Of a stretch of 64,000 nucleotides of DNA, positions 9,379 to 20,232 are shown in pieces. The number at the start of each line of letters is the position of its first letter. Position 1 is the first letter of the stretch. The position numbers and the translations under genes are program-made. The notes below the pieces were generated by a model. It saw only the letters and a program-made list of their open reading frames with translations, made no database searches and was not told where the DNA came from. This DNA comes from an uncultured Acidobacteriota bacterium (lineage in GTDB: Bacteria > Acidobacteriota > UBA6911 > RPQK01 > JAPXNP01): positions 32,001-96,000 of the forward strand of contig CAVZRV010000007.1 in assembly GCA_963777605.1 (NCBI GenBank). Direction: 5' to 3'.

Positions 9379-10668
9379 CTAGCGAGAAGCGACACTTTGG
9401 ATGGAGTCGAAGAAACCGGGAAAGGAGACCGCCGCGCAGCCAGGATCATCGATCTCGACTCCGTTCTCAGCCATCAGGCCGAGGACCGCAAAGGCCATTG
9501 CGATCCGGTGATCGCCATACGTGCGGACCGATCCGCCTGAAATCCGGGGGGTATACGGAACAAAAAGGCCGTCGGGAGCCTCCTCTGCGGCAACGCCAAC
9601 CGATCGCAGGTTGGTCACGAGGGCTTGAATCCGGTCCGACTCCTTTTTCCTCAACTCTCCAGCGTCCGCAACCGTCAAGCCACCCGGAATCCGGGTCCCG
9701 AGAACCGACAGAATCGGAATCTCGTCGATCACGTTCGGAATGATTGCTCCCCCGAGCCGGCTGGGGAACGCTCCCAGGAAAGCGGAGTCGGATCTGACCG
9801 TCAGGTCGCATACCGGTTCCATCCCGACCAGCCGTTCGCCAGTTCGCTCAATGGCCGCCCCGCCTTCCTCGAGCAGCCCCAGCAGTCCCGCCCGAGACGG
9901 ATTGACTCCAACCGCTGAAAGACGCAATTCCGAACGAGACAGAAGGAGCGCCGCCACCACGAAAAAAACGGCCGAAGAGAGATCACCGGGGACCTGGACC
10001 GTGGCAGGTGTCAGTCGCGCGGGTCCCTCCACAGAGATCTCCATACCTGCTATGGAAACGGGAATGCCGAAAGCCGGCAACGCCCTTTCCGTGTGGTCCC
10101 GGGTTTGAACCGGCTCGACGACTGTCGTTACACCGGTTGCGGTCAGGCCAGCCAGGAGAACGCACGATTTTACCTGGGCACTGGCTACCGGCAATTCGTA
10201 GCGCAAAGGGGTCAGTTCCCGACCGTTGATGATCAACGGGGGAAACTCGCCTTCGCGGGCCTGGATTTCGGCCCCCATTGCAGTCAGTGGCCGGATGATG
10301 CGTCCCATCGGGCGGCGGTTCAACGACTCATCTCCGGAAATCGTCGACCGCATCGCCCGACCCGCAAGCGTACCGGACAACAGCCGAACGGTTGTGCCGC
10401 TGTTGCCCGCATCCAGCAACTCTCGGGGCTCTGTCCATTGCGACCAGCCATGGCTCGTGATGGAAACCTCCGACCCGTCCCGTTCTACCGAAACCCCCAA
10501 CCGACCGATGCAGCCCAGTGTGGACGAACAGTCGGCACTGCTTGAGAAATTGGTAATGTTCGTGCAACCTTCTGCCATGGCCCCGAGAATCGCAAAACGG
10601 TGGGAAATCGACTTATCCCCGGGGATGGCAACAACGCCCTCCAGGCGGCGGACCGGCTCAACTCTCAT
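9379..10668 (-). CDS. aroA: 3-phosphoshikimate 1-carboxyvinyltransferase
   Basis: [46 protein letters not shown]. Confidence 0.97.
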   Translation of the reverse strand: MRVEPVRRLEGVVAIPGDKSISHRFAILGAMAEGCTNITNFSSSADCSSTLGCIGRLGVSVERDGSEVSITSHGWSQWTEPRELLDAGNSGTTVRLLSGTLAGRAMRSTISGDESLNRRPMGRIIRPLTAMGAEIQAREGEFPPLIINGRELTPLRYELPVASAQVKSCVLLAGLTATGVTTVVEPVQTRDHTERALPAFGIPVSIAGMEISVEGPARLTPATVQVPGDLSSAVFFVVAALLLSRSELRLSAVGVNPSRAGLLGLLEEGGAAIERTGERLVGMEPVCDLTVRSDSAFLGAFPSRLGGAIIPNVIDEIPILSVLGTRIPGGLTVADAGELRKKESDRIQALVTNLRSVGVAAEEAPDGLFVPYTPRISGGSVRTYGDHRIAMAFAVLGLMAENGVEIDDPGCAAVSFPGFFDSIQSVASR

Positions 10669-12733
10669 GAACTCCTCCTCCAAAATCGAGTTCGAGTTCC
10701 TGCAGCTTCCTGACCTGATCCCGGTAGGCGGCCGCCTTCTCGAACTCGAACTTTTCCGCTGCTTCTTTCATCTTCTGCCGAAGATTTTCGATCTCCTGCT
10801 CGAGATCGGCCATTGATTCATACCGAGTCACTTCCTCGGCAACCTCGGAGATCTCGTAATAGTCCAACTGAGCCATCTGGAGCAGAGCAGAATCGACCGG
10901 CTTAATGATCGTCGTTGGAGTGATTCCGTGCTCTTCGTTGAATCGCCCCTGGATCTCCCGGCGCCGTTCCGTTTCGTCGATGGCCCGCTTCATCGATCCG
11001 GTGATTTTGTCGGCGTAGAAGATCACCTTTCCGTTCACGTTCCGGGCCGCCCGGCCGGCGGTCTGGATAAGGGCGGTGTCACTGCGCAGATAACCTTCCT
11101 TGTCCGCGTCAAGGATCGCCACCAGCGACACCTCCGGGAGGTCGAGACCTTCTCTGAGCAGGTTGACGCCGACCAGGACATCGAACCGTCCCAGCCGCAG
11201 ATCTCGCAGGATGCGCACCCGCTCGAGAGTATCGATTTCGGAGTGAAGATAGCGGACCGAGACACCGACTTCGGTGTAGTACTCAGTCAACTCCTCCGCC
11301 ATCCGCTTCGTCAAGGTAGCGACCAGGACCCTCTCACCAACGCTTGTCCGACGCCTGATTTCCTCCAGGAGGTCGTCAATCTGGCCGGCAACCGGCCTCA
11401 CATCGATTTCGGGATCCATCAGTCCGGTCGGCCGGATGATCTGCTCCACGACCTGTCCCGGGCAGGCCTGCATCTCGTAGGGACCCGGCGTTGCTGAAAC
11501 ATAAATGGTCTGAGGTCGCCGCTCCTCAAATTCGGCAAAGTTGAGGGGACGGTTGTCGAGAGCCGAGGGAAGGCGGAAGCCATATCGAACGAGATTCGAC
11601 TTGCGGGACCGGTCGCCTTGGTACATTCCACGAACCTGCGGGACCGTGACATGGCTCTCGTCAACCACCAGCAGGGATTCCTCGGGAAGGTAGTCCATCA
11701 GGGTTGGAGGAGGCGCACCGGGAAGACGTCCGGTCAAGTGCCTTGAATAGTTCTCAATCCCCCGGCAGTAACCCAGTGACTTGAGCATTTCCACGTCGAA
11801 CATCGTGCGCTGGTGAATCCGTTCGGCTTCGATCACCCGGCCCTCCCGTTCGAGGCCCGTCCGGAACTCGGCCAGTTCTTCCTTGATACTCTCGACCGCG
11901 GCCTGCCAGCGTTCCTTGGGAACAACGTAGTGGGTTCTGGGATAGATCGGAACCCGTTCGTGCTGCCTGAGAATCTCTCCAGTGAGCGGGTCGAATTGGC
12001 AGAGGTCTTCTATCTCGTTGCCGAAGAGCTCGATCCGAATCCCGCAGTCCTCGTAGGAAGGAACAAGTTCGATCACGTCACCACGCACCCGGAAAGATCC
12101 ACGAACCAGATCAAACTCGTTGCGCTGATACTGCAGTTCGACCAGGCGCCGGAGAATGTCCCTGCGCGAGATCGATTGGCCCCGCTCCAGCATCAGGAGC
12201 ATTCCGTAGTAGGCCTCCGGGGAACCCAGCCCGTAGATGCAGCTCACGCTGCAGACAATGATGCAGTCACGACGCTCGAACAGGGATCGGGTCGCCGAAT
12301 GGCGCATTTTGTCGATCTCGTCATTGATCGTCGATTCCTTCTCGATATAAGTATCGGTGGACGCGATGTAAGCCTCGGGCTGGTAGTAGTCGTAGTAGCT
12401 GACAAAGTACTCCACGGCGTTCTTGGGGAAGAAGTTCCGGAACTCCTGGTAGAGTTGCGCGGCCAGCGTCTTATTGTGGCTCAAGACCATGGTCGGGCGA
12501 TTCAGTTCGGCAATCAGGCGGGCCATCGTGAAGGTCTTTCCGGAACCGGTGACTCCCAGCAGAGTCTGATCACGGCATCCAGCTTCGACACCCTCACGGA
12601 GGCGAGCGATGGCCTGGCTCTGATCTTCACTCGGAGAGAACCTGGAAACCAACTCAAAGCTCCCCGAGTTCGCCAGTGCCCTCCCGTAGGCAACCCCTGA
12701 ATACTCCATCTCCGGCGGATTGGACACGTGCAC
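10658..12733 (-). CDS. uvrB: Excinuclease ABC subunit B
   Basis: [42 protein letters not shown]-terminal UVR domain. Possible true start GTG 12727. Confidence 0.98.
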   Translation of the reverse strand: MHVSNPPEMEYSGVAYGRALANSGSFELVSRFSPSEDQSQAIARLREGVEAGCRDQTLLGVTGSGKTFTMARLIAELNRPTMVLSHNKTLAAQLYQEFRNFFPKNAVEYFVSYYDYYQPEAYIASTDTYIEKESTINDEIDKMRHSATRSLFERRDCIIVCSVSCIYGLGSPEAYYGMLLMLERGQSISRRDILRRLVELQYQRNEFDLVRGSFRVRGDVIELVPSYEDCGIRIELFGNEIEDLCQFDPLTGEILRQHERVPIYPRTHYVVPKERWQAAVESIKEELAEFRTGLEREGRVIEAERIHQRTMFDVEMLKSLGYCRGIENYSRHLTGRLPGAPPPTLMDYLPEESLLVVDESHVTVPQVRGMYQGDRSRKSNLVRYGFRLPSALDNRPLNFAEFEERRPQTIYVSATPGPYEMQACPGQVVEQIIRPTGLMDPEIDVRPVAGQIDDLLEEIRRRTSVGERVLVATLTKRMAEELTEYYTEVGVSVRYLHSEIDTLERVRILRDLRLGRFDVLVGVNLLREGLDLPEVSLVAILDADKEGYLRSDTALIQTAGRAARNVNGKVIFYADKITGSMKRAIDETERRREIQGRFNEEHGITPTTIIKPVDSALLQMAQLDYYEISEVAEEVTRYESMADLEQEIENLRQKMKEAAEKFEFEKAAAYRDQVRKLQELELDFGGGVHES

Positions 12734-12887
12734 ATTATACGTGGGAGAAGAAAGCCTTCAGGAATCGTGAAGGTCACTCCGAGACAACCCGGCGTAAGGT
12801 CCGAGAGGTTGAGCGCAACCGGATCCAATTTCATGTCGACTCCCGGCCGGCCTTGATCCGGGGCTCGGGCGATCTTATAGCAAGACA

Positions 12888-15521
12888 ATGAATATGAACC
12901 GAATGACCGAGAAGGTCCGTGAGGCCCTGAACTCGGCAAATAGCATAGCAACAGAGGAGCACCACACCGAGATCGACGCGGTGCACCTCCTGATGGCCCT
13001 CTTGCAGCAGGACGGCGGGCTCGCGGGTTCTATCCTCCGCCGTACCCACGTTGACCCAGTCATTTTCGGAGAGCGATTGCAGGCCGCCATCCAGGCCAAG
13101 GCCCGGCTGAGTGGGTCAGAACCCGGACAGATCTATCTTTCTTCCGCCCTGGGCCGGCTCGTCGACTCCGCCGAACAGGAAGCCAAAAAGCTTCGGGACG
13201 ATTACGTCTCCGTTGAGCACCTGCTTCTGGCCATGGCAGTCGACCGGGGCGAGGTCGGCAATCTCTTCCGGGAGTTCGGGCTGACCCGGGAACTACTGAT
13301 GCAGGCGCTCCAGGAGATCCGTGGCAATCAGCGCGTCACCAGCGAGAACCCCGAGGCGACCTACGAAGCACTCGAGAAGTACGGCAGGGACCTGACCCAG
13401 GAGGCATCGACGGGGAAACTGGATCCCGTCATCGGGCGTGACGATGAAATTCGTCGCATTATCCAGGTGTTGTCGCGGCGCACCAAGAACAACCCGGTCC
13501 TCATCGGCGATCCCGGCGTCGGAAAGACCGCCATCGTCGAAGGACTGGCACAACGCATCGTCCGGGGAGACGTGCCGGAGGGTTTGAAAAACAAGAGGGT
13601 CGTCTCGCTCGACATGGGCTCGCTCATCGCAGGTGCCAAGTACCGCGGAGAGTTCGAAGAGCGACTCAAGGCGGTACTCAAGGAAGTTCAGTCCGCAGAA
13701 GGTGAGATCATCCTTTTTATTGACGAACTTCACACCGTGGTCGGAGCCGGCAAGGCCGAAGGGTCTATGGATGCCGGGAACCTGCTCAAGCCGATGCTGG
13801 CGCGGGGAGAACTTCACTGCATCGGGGCGACAACCATCGACGAGTACCGGAAATACATTGAAAAGGACAAGGCTCTGGAACGTCGGTTCCAGACCGTTCT
13901 CGTCAATCAACCCAGTGTGGAGGACACGATCTCCATCCTCCGCGGTTTAAAGGAGCGCTACGAGGTCCATCACGGCGTGAGAATCAAGGACTCAGCTCTG
14001 GTGGCCGCCGCGATTCTTTCGAATCGTTATATTGCGGATCGCTTCCTGCCCGACAAGGCGATTGACCTGGTTGACGAGGCAGCCGCCAAACTCAGGACCG
14101 AAATTGATTCGATGCCGACCCAGGTGGACGAACTCGAACGGCGGGTGATGCAACTTGAAATCGAACGGCAGGCGCTGAAACGGGAGAAAGATTCGTCGTC
14201 CCGCGACCGCCTGGCCCTCCTCGAGGCGGAACTCGCCGAGACTCGTTCCCAGGCCGACGAGTTGAAAGCCCAGTGGATGGCCGAGAAGAACGCTGTCCAG
14301 GAACTCCGGGCACTCAGAGAAGAAATGGAGCAGACCCGCATAGAGATTGAGAAGGCGGAACGAGAATACGATCTCAACCGGGTTGCCGAACTGCGTTATG
14401 GGCGGTTGGCAACTCTCGAGCAGCGACTTAAAGAGCGCGAGACACACATCCAGGAAACCCAGCAGAAGTCTCTCCTCCGCGAGGAGGTGGATGAAGAGGA
14501 TGTCGCGGGCATCGTCAGTCGATGGACCGGGATCCCCGTTTCCCGGCTGCTCGAGGGAGAGGTGGAGAAACTACTTCACCTCGATGAAGCACTTCACCAG
14601 CGGGTCGTCGGCCAGGACGAAGCGGTCAGCGCCGTAGCCGAGTCAGTGGTCCGGGCCCGTTCCGGGCTGAAGGATCCCAACCGGCCGGTGGGCAGCTTCA
14701 TTTTCCTCGGTCCCACGGGAGTCGGCAAGACCGAACTGGCGCGGGCCCTGGCCGAATTCCTGTTCAACGACGAGCACACCCTGATCCGGATTGACATGTC
14801 CGAGTATCAGGAGAAACACACGGTTGCCCGCCTCATTGGCGCGCCTCCTGGATATGTCGGTTACGAGGAGGGAGGGCAACTGACGGAGGCGGTCCGCCGG
14901 AGGCCATATTCGGTAGTTCTCTTCGACGAGATCGAAAAGGCCCATTTCGATGTCTTCAACGCCATGCTGCAGATCCTCGATGATGGCCGCCTCACCGACG
15001 GCCAGGGACGCACCGTTGACTTCAAGAATACGATCCTGATCATGACGTCGAACATCGGAAGCCGCCAAATTCTGGAATTTCGGGGCGGCCTCGAGGGACA
15101 AGACTACGAGCGGATGCAGTCCACGGTTCTGGAGGAACTTCGGCGCCATTTTCGTCCCGAGTTTCTTAACCGGGTCGATGACGTGATTGTCTTCCACTCG
15201 CTCGAGCGAGAGCACCTGAAAGAGATCGTTCACATTCAGATCAGGGGACTTCTGGAACGGTTGCGCGACCGAAAGATCTTTCTGGAACTGACCGATCAGG
15301 CGGTTGACCACCTGGTCCGCGTCGGCTACGACCCATCTTTTGGGGCCAGGCCGCTCAAGCGGGCGATTCAAAAGGAGGTTGAAAATCCATTGGCCCGGCT
15401 CATCGTGTCGGGCGAGGTTCGCAACGGGGATCGAGTGCAGGCCGACTTTGATCCAGACAGTGCCCGAATTCGCTTCGAGACAAGAAAGACAGCCGAAGAG
15501 GAGCAGGAAGAAATAGTCTGA
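12888..15521 (+). CDS. clpB: Chaperone ClpB
   Basis: Clp N domain, two AAA+ modules (GDPGVGKT; GPTGVGKT), long coiled-coil M domain, RIDMSEY, GARPLKR. Confidence 0.98.
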   Translation: MNMNRMTEKVREALNSANSIATEEHHTEIDAVHLLMALLQQDGGLAGSILRRTHVDPVIFGERLQAAIQAKARLSGSEPGQIYLSSALGRLVDSAEQEAKKLRDDYVSVEHLLLAMAVDRGEVGNLFREFGLTRELLMQALQEIRGNQRVTSENPEATYEALEKYGRDLTQEASTGKLDPVIGRDDEIRRIIQVLSRRTKNNPVLIGDPGVGKTAIVEGLAQRIVRGDVPEGLKNKRVVSLDMGSLIAGAKYRGEFEERLKAVLKEVQSAEGEIILFIDELHTVVGAGKAEGSMDAGNLLKPMLARGELHCIGATTIDEYRKYIEKDKALERRFQTVLVNQPSVEDTISILRGLKERYEVHHGVRIKDSALVAAAILSNRYIADRFLPDKAIDLVDEAAAKLRTEIDSMPTQVDELERRVMQLEIERQALKREKDSSSRDRLALLEAELAETRSQADELKAQWMAEKNAVQELRALREEMEQTRIEIEKAEREYDLNRVAELRYGRLATLEQRLKERETHIQETQQKSLLREEVDEEDVAGIVSRWTGIPVSRLLEGEVEKLLHLDEALHQRVVGQDEAVSAVAESVVRARSGLKDPNRPVGSFIFLGPTGVGKTELARALAEFLFNDEHTLIRIDMSEYQEKHTVARLIGAPPGYVGYEEGGQLTEAVRRRPYSVVLFDEIEKAHFDVFNAMLQILDDGRLTDGQGRTVDFKNTILIMTSNIGSRQILEFRGGLEGQDYERMQSTVLEELRRHFRPEFLNRVDDVIVFHSLEREHLKEIVHIQIRGLLERLRDRKIFLELTDQAVDHLVRVGYDPSFGARPLKRAIQKEVENPLARLIVSGEVRNGDRVQADFDPDSARIRFETRKTAEEEQEEIV

Positions 15522-15561
15522 CCCGTCGAACTTTGTTCGCTCACCCGCCAATTGAGCCCAC

Positions 15562-17355
15562 TCAGGGGATCAACAGTTCCTGGCCCGGCCGGATCTGGTT
15601 GGGGTTGCGGATCCCGTTTCGTTCGCGGATCTGATTGACCGACGTTCCAAAACGAGCCGCAATATGGGCCAGGGTGTCCCCCCCTCGAACAACATACCGT
15701 CGAGCAGAAGGTTTCGCGGCAGAAGATTGACCGCCGGCAATCTTGAGCTCCATCCCGGGCCGAATGAGGTTGGGATTGGCGAGGCCGTTGGCATCCTGCA
15801 GAGCCGCCACTGTCGTCCCGAACCGGCGCGCTACCAGAGCAAGATTGTCGCCGCTGGCCACGCTGTAAACGACCGGGGCCTCAATCGCACTCGCGGCTTT
15901 GGCATCTGCAACCGGAGGATCCGCAGCTTCAATCTCCGCCTTCGCCGCCGTCACCGCAGCAGTATTTGACTTGCGCCGGATGAGCAAGACCTGACCCGGG
16001 TAAATTCGATTGGGGTTGTCCAGTCGATTGAGTCGCAAAATTTCGGCAGCAGGCACTTTCAACTCAGCTGAGATGGCCCCGACGGAATCGCCCGCTTCGA
16101 CCCGGTAACGTGCCGAACCGTCGGCAGCGACCAGGACTTCCCTTCCTGTGGGCCGGGCAGAGGCCAGGACCTTCTCAACCGATGCTCCCGTTCCGGGCGG
16201 AACACGCACTTCGATACCGGCAGGGATCACTCTCCTGCGGCTGGTCAGGATACGTTTCAGGTGCGGGTTGAGATCGCGCAGAATCTGGTCGTCGATGCCG
16301 TCTACGCTGGAAAAGTAGGAGATATCGTAGGCCTTCTGGAGCTGAACCGAATCAAATTCGAGGGGAGGAAGAATCTCGAGTTCCCCAAAATAGTCGCGGT
16401 AATTGCGGGCAACGGAGAGGGCGGCAAGAAACTCGGTGTAAAAGTTTCGACTGGCAAAGCCAAAGTATTTCGACTGGTACCTGCCCACGATTGTTAGCAG
16501 GTCATCCCCATACTGTTGCTTGGCCCGAAGCATTCCGTTGCGGCCGTGGTTGTAGCTGGTAATCGCCAGTGGCCAACTCCCGAGCAGTTGATAGTTCTCG
16601 GACAAAAGCCGGGCCGCCGCCTCGGTCGCCCGAATCGGGTCCAGGCGTTCATCTATCGTGCTCGTGATCTGCATATACGCGCGGCCGGTACCTCGGGTGA
16701 ACTGCCAGATTCCCGCCGCCCCGGCGTGCGAGTAGGCGTTGTAGTCGAAAGAAGACTCCACGTGGGGAATCATCGCCAATTCGACCGGAAGGCCGTAGCG
16801 GGCAAATGTCTTTTCGATCCACGGCAAGTACATCCCCGAGCGGATCAGGCTTTCCCTGAATTTCTCCCGGACGCCTCGCTGGTAGCGGATGGATTCCCGT
16901 TTCTGGCGGAGCAATTTCGTTGTGACCGGGTAGTCCAGTTCCCGAAAGACCTTGATCAAGTTGCGCGCCTCGGCCCCCAGTCCTGGGGCGTCCGGCCCGG
17001 ATCTAATGACCTCATCGAACGCTCCCTGGAGGGAGCGAAGCTGCCGCTTCAGGACCTCGCGCTGGCGCTTGGCTTCACGTGAATCGCCTTCGATTCCCCG
17101 ATCGAAGTGCTCGATTCGGTAAATCAGCCGTGGATCATCTTGATCGTGAAAGACGATTTCGGTCACGCGGTACTGGGTGAATACCTTTGTCCAAAAATCG
17201 ATCTGTCGTTCAAAACCCTTCGATGGAAACAGCCGTTCCACCTCGAGAAGGGAAAACCGCTCCCGATCCTTTCCGCTCGATGAGAACAGGACGCTCGGAA
17301 GAGATAGAAGAATCAGGACAAGAACCAGTGATGCTTTCCGGGACTCAATTTTCAT
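15562..17355 (-). CDS. MltD-like lytic transglycosylase with three LysM domains
   Basis: Signal peptide; SLT motifs IPHVESSF, AAGIWQF, SYNHG; three LysM repeats (YRVEAGD, YSVASGD, YVVRGGD). Confidence 0.9.
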   Translation of the reverse strand: MKIESRKASLVLVLILLSLPSVLFSSSGKDRERFSLLEVERLFPSKGFERQIDFWTKVFTQYRVTEIVFHDQDDPRLIYRIEHFDRGIEGDSREAKRQREVLKRQLRSLQGAFDEVIRSGPDAPGLGAEARNLIKVFRELDYPVTTKLLRQKRESIRYQRGVREKFRESLIRSGMYLPWIEKTFARYGLPVELAMIPHVESSFDYNAYSHAGAAGIWQFTRGTGRAYMQITSTIDERLDPIRATEAAARLLSENYQLLGSWPLAITSYNHGRNGMLRAKQQYGDDLLTIVGRYQSKYFGFASRNFYTEFLAALSVARNYRDYFGELEILPPLEFDSVQLQKAYDISYFSSVDGIDDQILRDLNPHLKRILTSRRRVIPAGIEVRVPPGTGASVEKVLASARPTGREVLVAADGSARYRVEAGDSVGAISAELKVPAAEILRLNRLDNPNRIYPGQVLLIRRKSNTAAVTAAKAEIEAADPPVADAKAASAIEAPVVYSVASGDNLALVARRFGTTVAALQDANGLANPNLIRPGMELKIAGGQSSAAKPSARRYVVRGGDTLAHIAARFGTSVNQIRERNGIRNPNQIRPGQELLIP

Positions 17356-17521
17356 ACGCGCAAGATGATTGAGATTGTAGCAGACCAATCCGAACAGGAG
17401 GGGATTGATCCCTCGGACGACTTGACCATTAAATGCAACATGTTTATTCTTATTTACCTGATTCGTAAAGCTGCTCCACACTCCTCGCTCCGAGCAGCGT
17501 CAATCGTCCAGCGGAGGGAAA

Positions 17522-18733
17522 ATGGTCATCAGAATCGTATCCAGAGGTCTGTTTCTGTTGCTTGCAGGCTCAATCCTGCTGGGACAGGCCGGGCACCAGG
17601 TGCCGGTCAACAACACGCGGTTGCCTGAACCATACGCAACCCCGTCAGCGAACAACAACCCACGCGTCGTTCCACAACCCGACGGGGCGCAATTGAGCGT
17701 ACCCTCCGGATTCAATGTTGGAGTCTGGGCGGATGGATTCAGCCGGCCGAGATTCATGCTCCTCGGTCCAGGCGGAGAAATCCTGCTGAGCGATTCTTCC
17801 AATGAAGGGAAAGTCTACGTGCTCCGGGATTCCGACGGCGATGGAACCGCAGACTCGCGACACGTCCTGGTCGAGGGCATGTATCGCCCGTACGGCCTCG
17901 CGTTCTGGAAAGACTACCTTTACGTCGCCGGGACCACCGAGATCAAGCGATGGCACTACAACCGGGGAACCATGCAAGTCGAGGGTGACGGGGAAACGAT
18001 TGTTACCTGGCCCGATTTCCAACGCGGCCACTGGACCCGATCGATCGTTTTCAGCCCTGACGGCAAGACCCTGTACGCCACGATCGGCTCGCAGTCGAAC
18101 GTGGACTCCGGCGAAGATCCGAGGCGGGCTGCAATCAACACCTACGATCCGGACGGCTCCAATCACAAAATCTTCGCGGCGGGCCTGCGGAATGTCATCG
18201 GCCTGGATTTCTACCCGGGCACGGATCAGCTCTGGGCTGCGGTCCAGGAACGGGACGCTCTCGGTGACGGTCTCGTTCCCGATTACTTCACTACCGTCAA
18301 CGAAGGTGAATTCTTCGGCTGGCCGTTCGCGTACACCGGCCCCCACGCCGATCCACGCAGAGAAGGCGAGCACCCCGACCTCGTTCAAAAGACCCGTTAC
18401 CCGGACGTCCTGATTCCTTCACACTCGGCGGTACTCGACACCGAGTTCTACACTGCGGACCAGTTTCCGGAGCACTACCGGGGCGGCGCTTTTCTCGCTT
18501 ACCACGGATCCTGGAACCGCGCGGAACGAACCGGCTACAAGGTGGCTTTCATCCCGTTTCAGAACGGGCGACCCGTCTCCGGCCCGGAGGACTTCCTGGT
18601 GGGCTGGTTGATCAATCCGGCAGAGAAGGAAGTCTGGGGCAGGCCGGTCGGCGTCCTGCAACTGCCGGACGGCTCCCTGCTGGTCTCAGATGACGGAGGA
18701 CGGAAGATCTGGCGGGTCTGGTACGAAGGCTAG
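17522..18733 (+). CDS. Periplasmic PQQ-dependent sugar / L-sorbosone dehydrogenase family protein
   Basis: Signal peptide; GHWTR, GS.SN, GLRN, ERDALGD.LVPDY, HGSWNR, GRPVGV...DGSLLVSDD beta-propeller motifs. Confidence 0.88.
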   Translation: MVIRIVSRGLFLLLAGSILLGQAGHQVPVNNTRLPEPYATPSANNNPRVVPQPDGAQLSVPSGFNVGVWADGFSRPRFMLLGPGGEILLSDSSNEGKVYVLRDSDGDGTADSRHVLVEGMYRPYGLAFWKDYLYVAGTTEIKRWHYNRGTMQVEGDGETIVTWPDFQRGHWTRSIVFSPDGKTLYATIGSQSNVDSGEDPRRAAINTYDPDGSNHKIFAAGLRNVIGLDFYPGTDQLWAAVQERDALGDGLVPDYFTTVNEGEFFGWPFAYTGPHADPRREGEHPDLVQKTRYPDVLIPSHSAVLDTEFYTADQFPEHYRGGAFLAYHGSWNRAERTGYKVAFIPFQNGRPVSGPEDFLVGWLINPAEKEVWGRPVGVLQLPDGSLLVSDDGGRKIWRVWYEG

Positions 18734-18781
18734 CGGATCTCCCGGTCTCTATACAACCATCTCCTCCAGTGAGATCGCGCA

Positions 18782-19432
18782 ATGACCGTAGTCAGCATTC
18801 TGATAGCGACGACCTTGGCGTGGGCTCCCGGCGCCGCCCACGCCCCGTCCTTCTCCCACAAACTCCATCTCGATAACGTCGGACTCACCTGCACCGACTG
18901 CCATCAGGCAGCGCTCGAGACGGATGTCGATTCGGACACTATGTTTCCGTCACCCGAAACCTGTTTCGGGTGTCATGGTGCAGACCAGTCGGATGACTGT
19001 AAAATCTGTGGCGCGGTCGATCGCCTGAAGTCGCTGGCCAAACCGATCCCCGGGATCATCTTCGACCACAAAACTCACCTCACCAGCCCCCGCTTTCTCG
19101 AGCAACTCAGCCCGACTCCATCGGGGGATCAAGCGGATCCCGATTCCACCAAAAGCGTCTGTCTCTCATGCCATCACGGTATTGACCAAATTGCCATTGG
19201 AGGCACCAAAAATTTTCCTGCGATGTCGGAATGCCTCGGCTGCCATCCCTTTCAGGGGGATCCAATGGCGTCTTGTCGAACGTGCCATTCCGGAGAGTTC
19301 AACCTGCTTCCGCCCAATCATCGCTCGAAGACTTTCTTCGACGATCATTCCCGAACGGAACCCCTCTATGACCGGTCAACGTGCCGCATGTGCCACAGTT
19401 CTGAATACAATCCGTGCACACAATGTCACTAA
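18782..19432 (+). CDS. Periplasmic multiheme cytochrome c (c3/c7-like; 7 CxxCH plus 1 CxxCG)
   Basis: Signal peptide; CTDCH, CFGCH, CKICG, CLSCH, CLGCH, CRTCH, CRMCH, CTQCH; FSHKLH/FDHKTH repeats. Confidence 0.9.
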   Translation: MTVVSILIATTLAWAPGAAHAPSFSHKLHLDNVGLTCTDCHQAALETDVDSDTMFPSPETCFGCHGADQSDDCKICGAVDRLKSLAKPIPGIIFDHKTHLTSPRFLEQLSPTPSGDQADPDSTKSVCLSCHHGIDQIAIGGTKNFPAMSECLGCHPFQGDPMASCRTCHSGEFNLLPPNHRSKTFFDDHSRTEPLYDRSTCRMCHSSEYNPCTQCH

Positions 19433-19556
19433 CTGAAAAGGTCGGCGGTATCCCCTGCAGTCGTATCCACGCAAAAATCGATTGCAACTCTAATCTCAAA
19501 GCAGTGTAAGCATTCGTATTCAGTTTCTTATCGGATTGATTCCGTAGCTCTATTCG

Positions 19557-19576
19557 ATTAACATCTCCGTGTTAAT
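19557..19576. promoter_or_regulatory. Perfect palindrome ATTAACA-N6-TGTTAAT, candidate operator
   Basis: Seen directly in an AT-rich intergenic region, ending 26 nt before the ATG at 19603. Confidence 0.5.
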
Positions 19577-19602
19577 TTGATCCAAGGATAGGAGTAGCAG
19601 CA

Positions 19603-20094
19603 ATGGGAAAACTCAGAATCGAGCCAAAAGTCAAGCCACCGGTCACAAAAGAGGAATACGAGTACTACAAGAAACTGTTGTCAGAAGCTCGGAACGCCTC
19701 AGACTCCAACAATGTGTTTTATGATCTGGACGATGGGGAGAACCCCAGAAAAGTCCGCCGTGCGCTTCAGTATGTAGCAGACGCGGAGGGAGTGGGACTG
19801 GGCGTAAGGGCCAATCGAAAGGACAACAATCTGGCCCTGCGTTTTTCGGACGCGTCTCGCGGATCGGCTTCTCGGGGTTCCGTTGGGGGACGGATCTCGG
19901 CCGCCGAGTCAAAGGAACGAATCCTGGACACACTGCGTTCGTCCAAGAGCCCGCTCAAGAAAGCTGAAATCGTGAGCGCTTCCGGCGTAAGCCCGTCCAG
20001 CTGGAATCTTCGCATCAAGGAACTGCTCGATGAAAAACTGGTTCAGCGGCACGGCAGTGGTCGCGAGACTACCTACACGCTGAAGCGCAAATAG
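19603..20094 (+). CDS. Basic hypothetical protein with C-terminal winged helix-turn-helix
   Basis: Good SD (AGGAG); C-terminal ILDTLRSSKSPLKKAEIVSASGVSPSSWNLRIKELLDEKLVQRHGSGRETTY is a typical wHTH; N-terminal domain unassigned. Confidence 0.75.
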   Translation: MGKLRIEPKVKPPVTKEEYEYYKKLLSEARNASDSNNVFYDLDDGENPRKVRRALQYVADAEGVGLGVRANRKDNNLALRFSDASRGSASRGSVGGRISAAESKERILDTLRSSKSPLKKAEIVSASGVSPSSWNLRIKELLDEKLVQRHGSGRETTYTLKRK

Positions 20095-20232
20095 CCGGCA
20101 TCTGCGATACGCTTTTCGACGATCGTTACCTTTCCTTTTTCGCGGTATAGTGATTTACCTGTGCAATCCGTCTATCCGATGATTCGGGGAAGGTAAGACC
20201 GGCTTTCATTAAGAGAGATTGATCGAGTTGTT

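Noticed and set aside
12756-12774. CCTTCA-N7-TGAAGG palindrome upstream of uvrB as an SOS box
   Set aside because: Does not match the direct-repeat motif at lexA; single occurrence.
12805-12885. HAIR-like (TTGAGC-N7-GATCCA) and RpoH-like (CTTG-N18-CTTATA) sequences before clpB
   Set aside because: Too degenerate, not repeated at grpE, and no cognate regulator visible; no CIRCE either.
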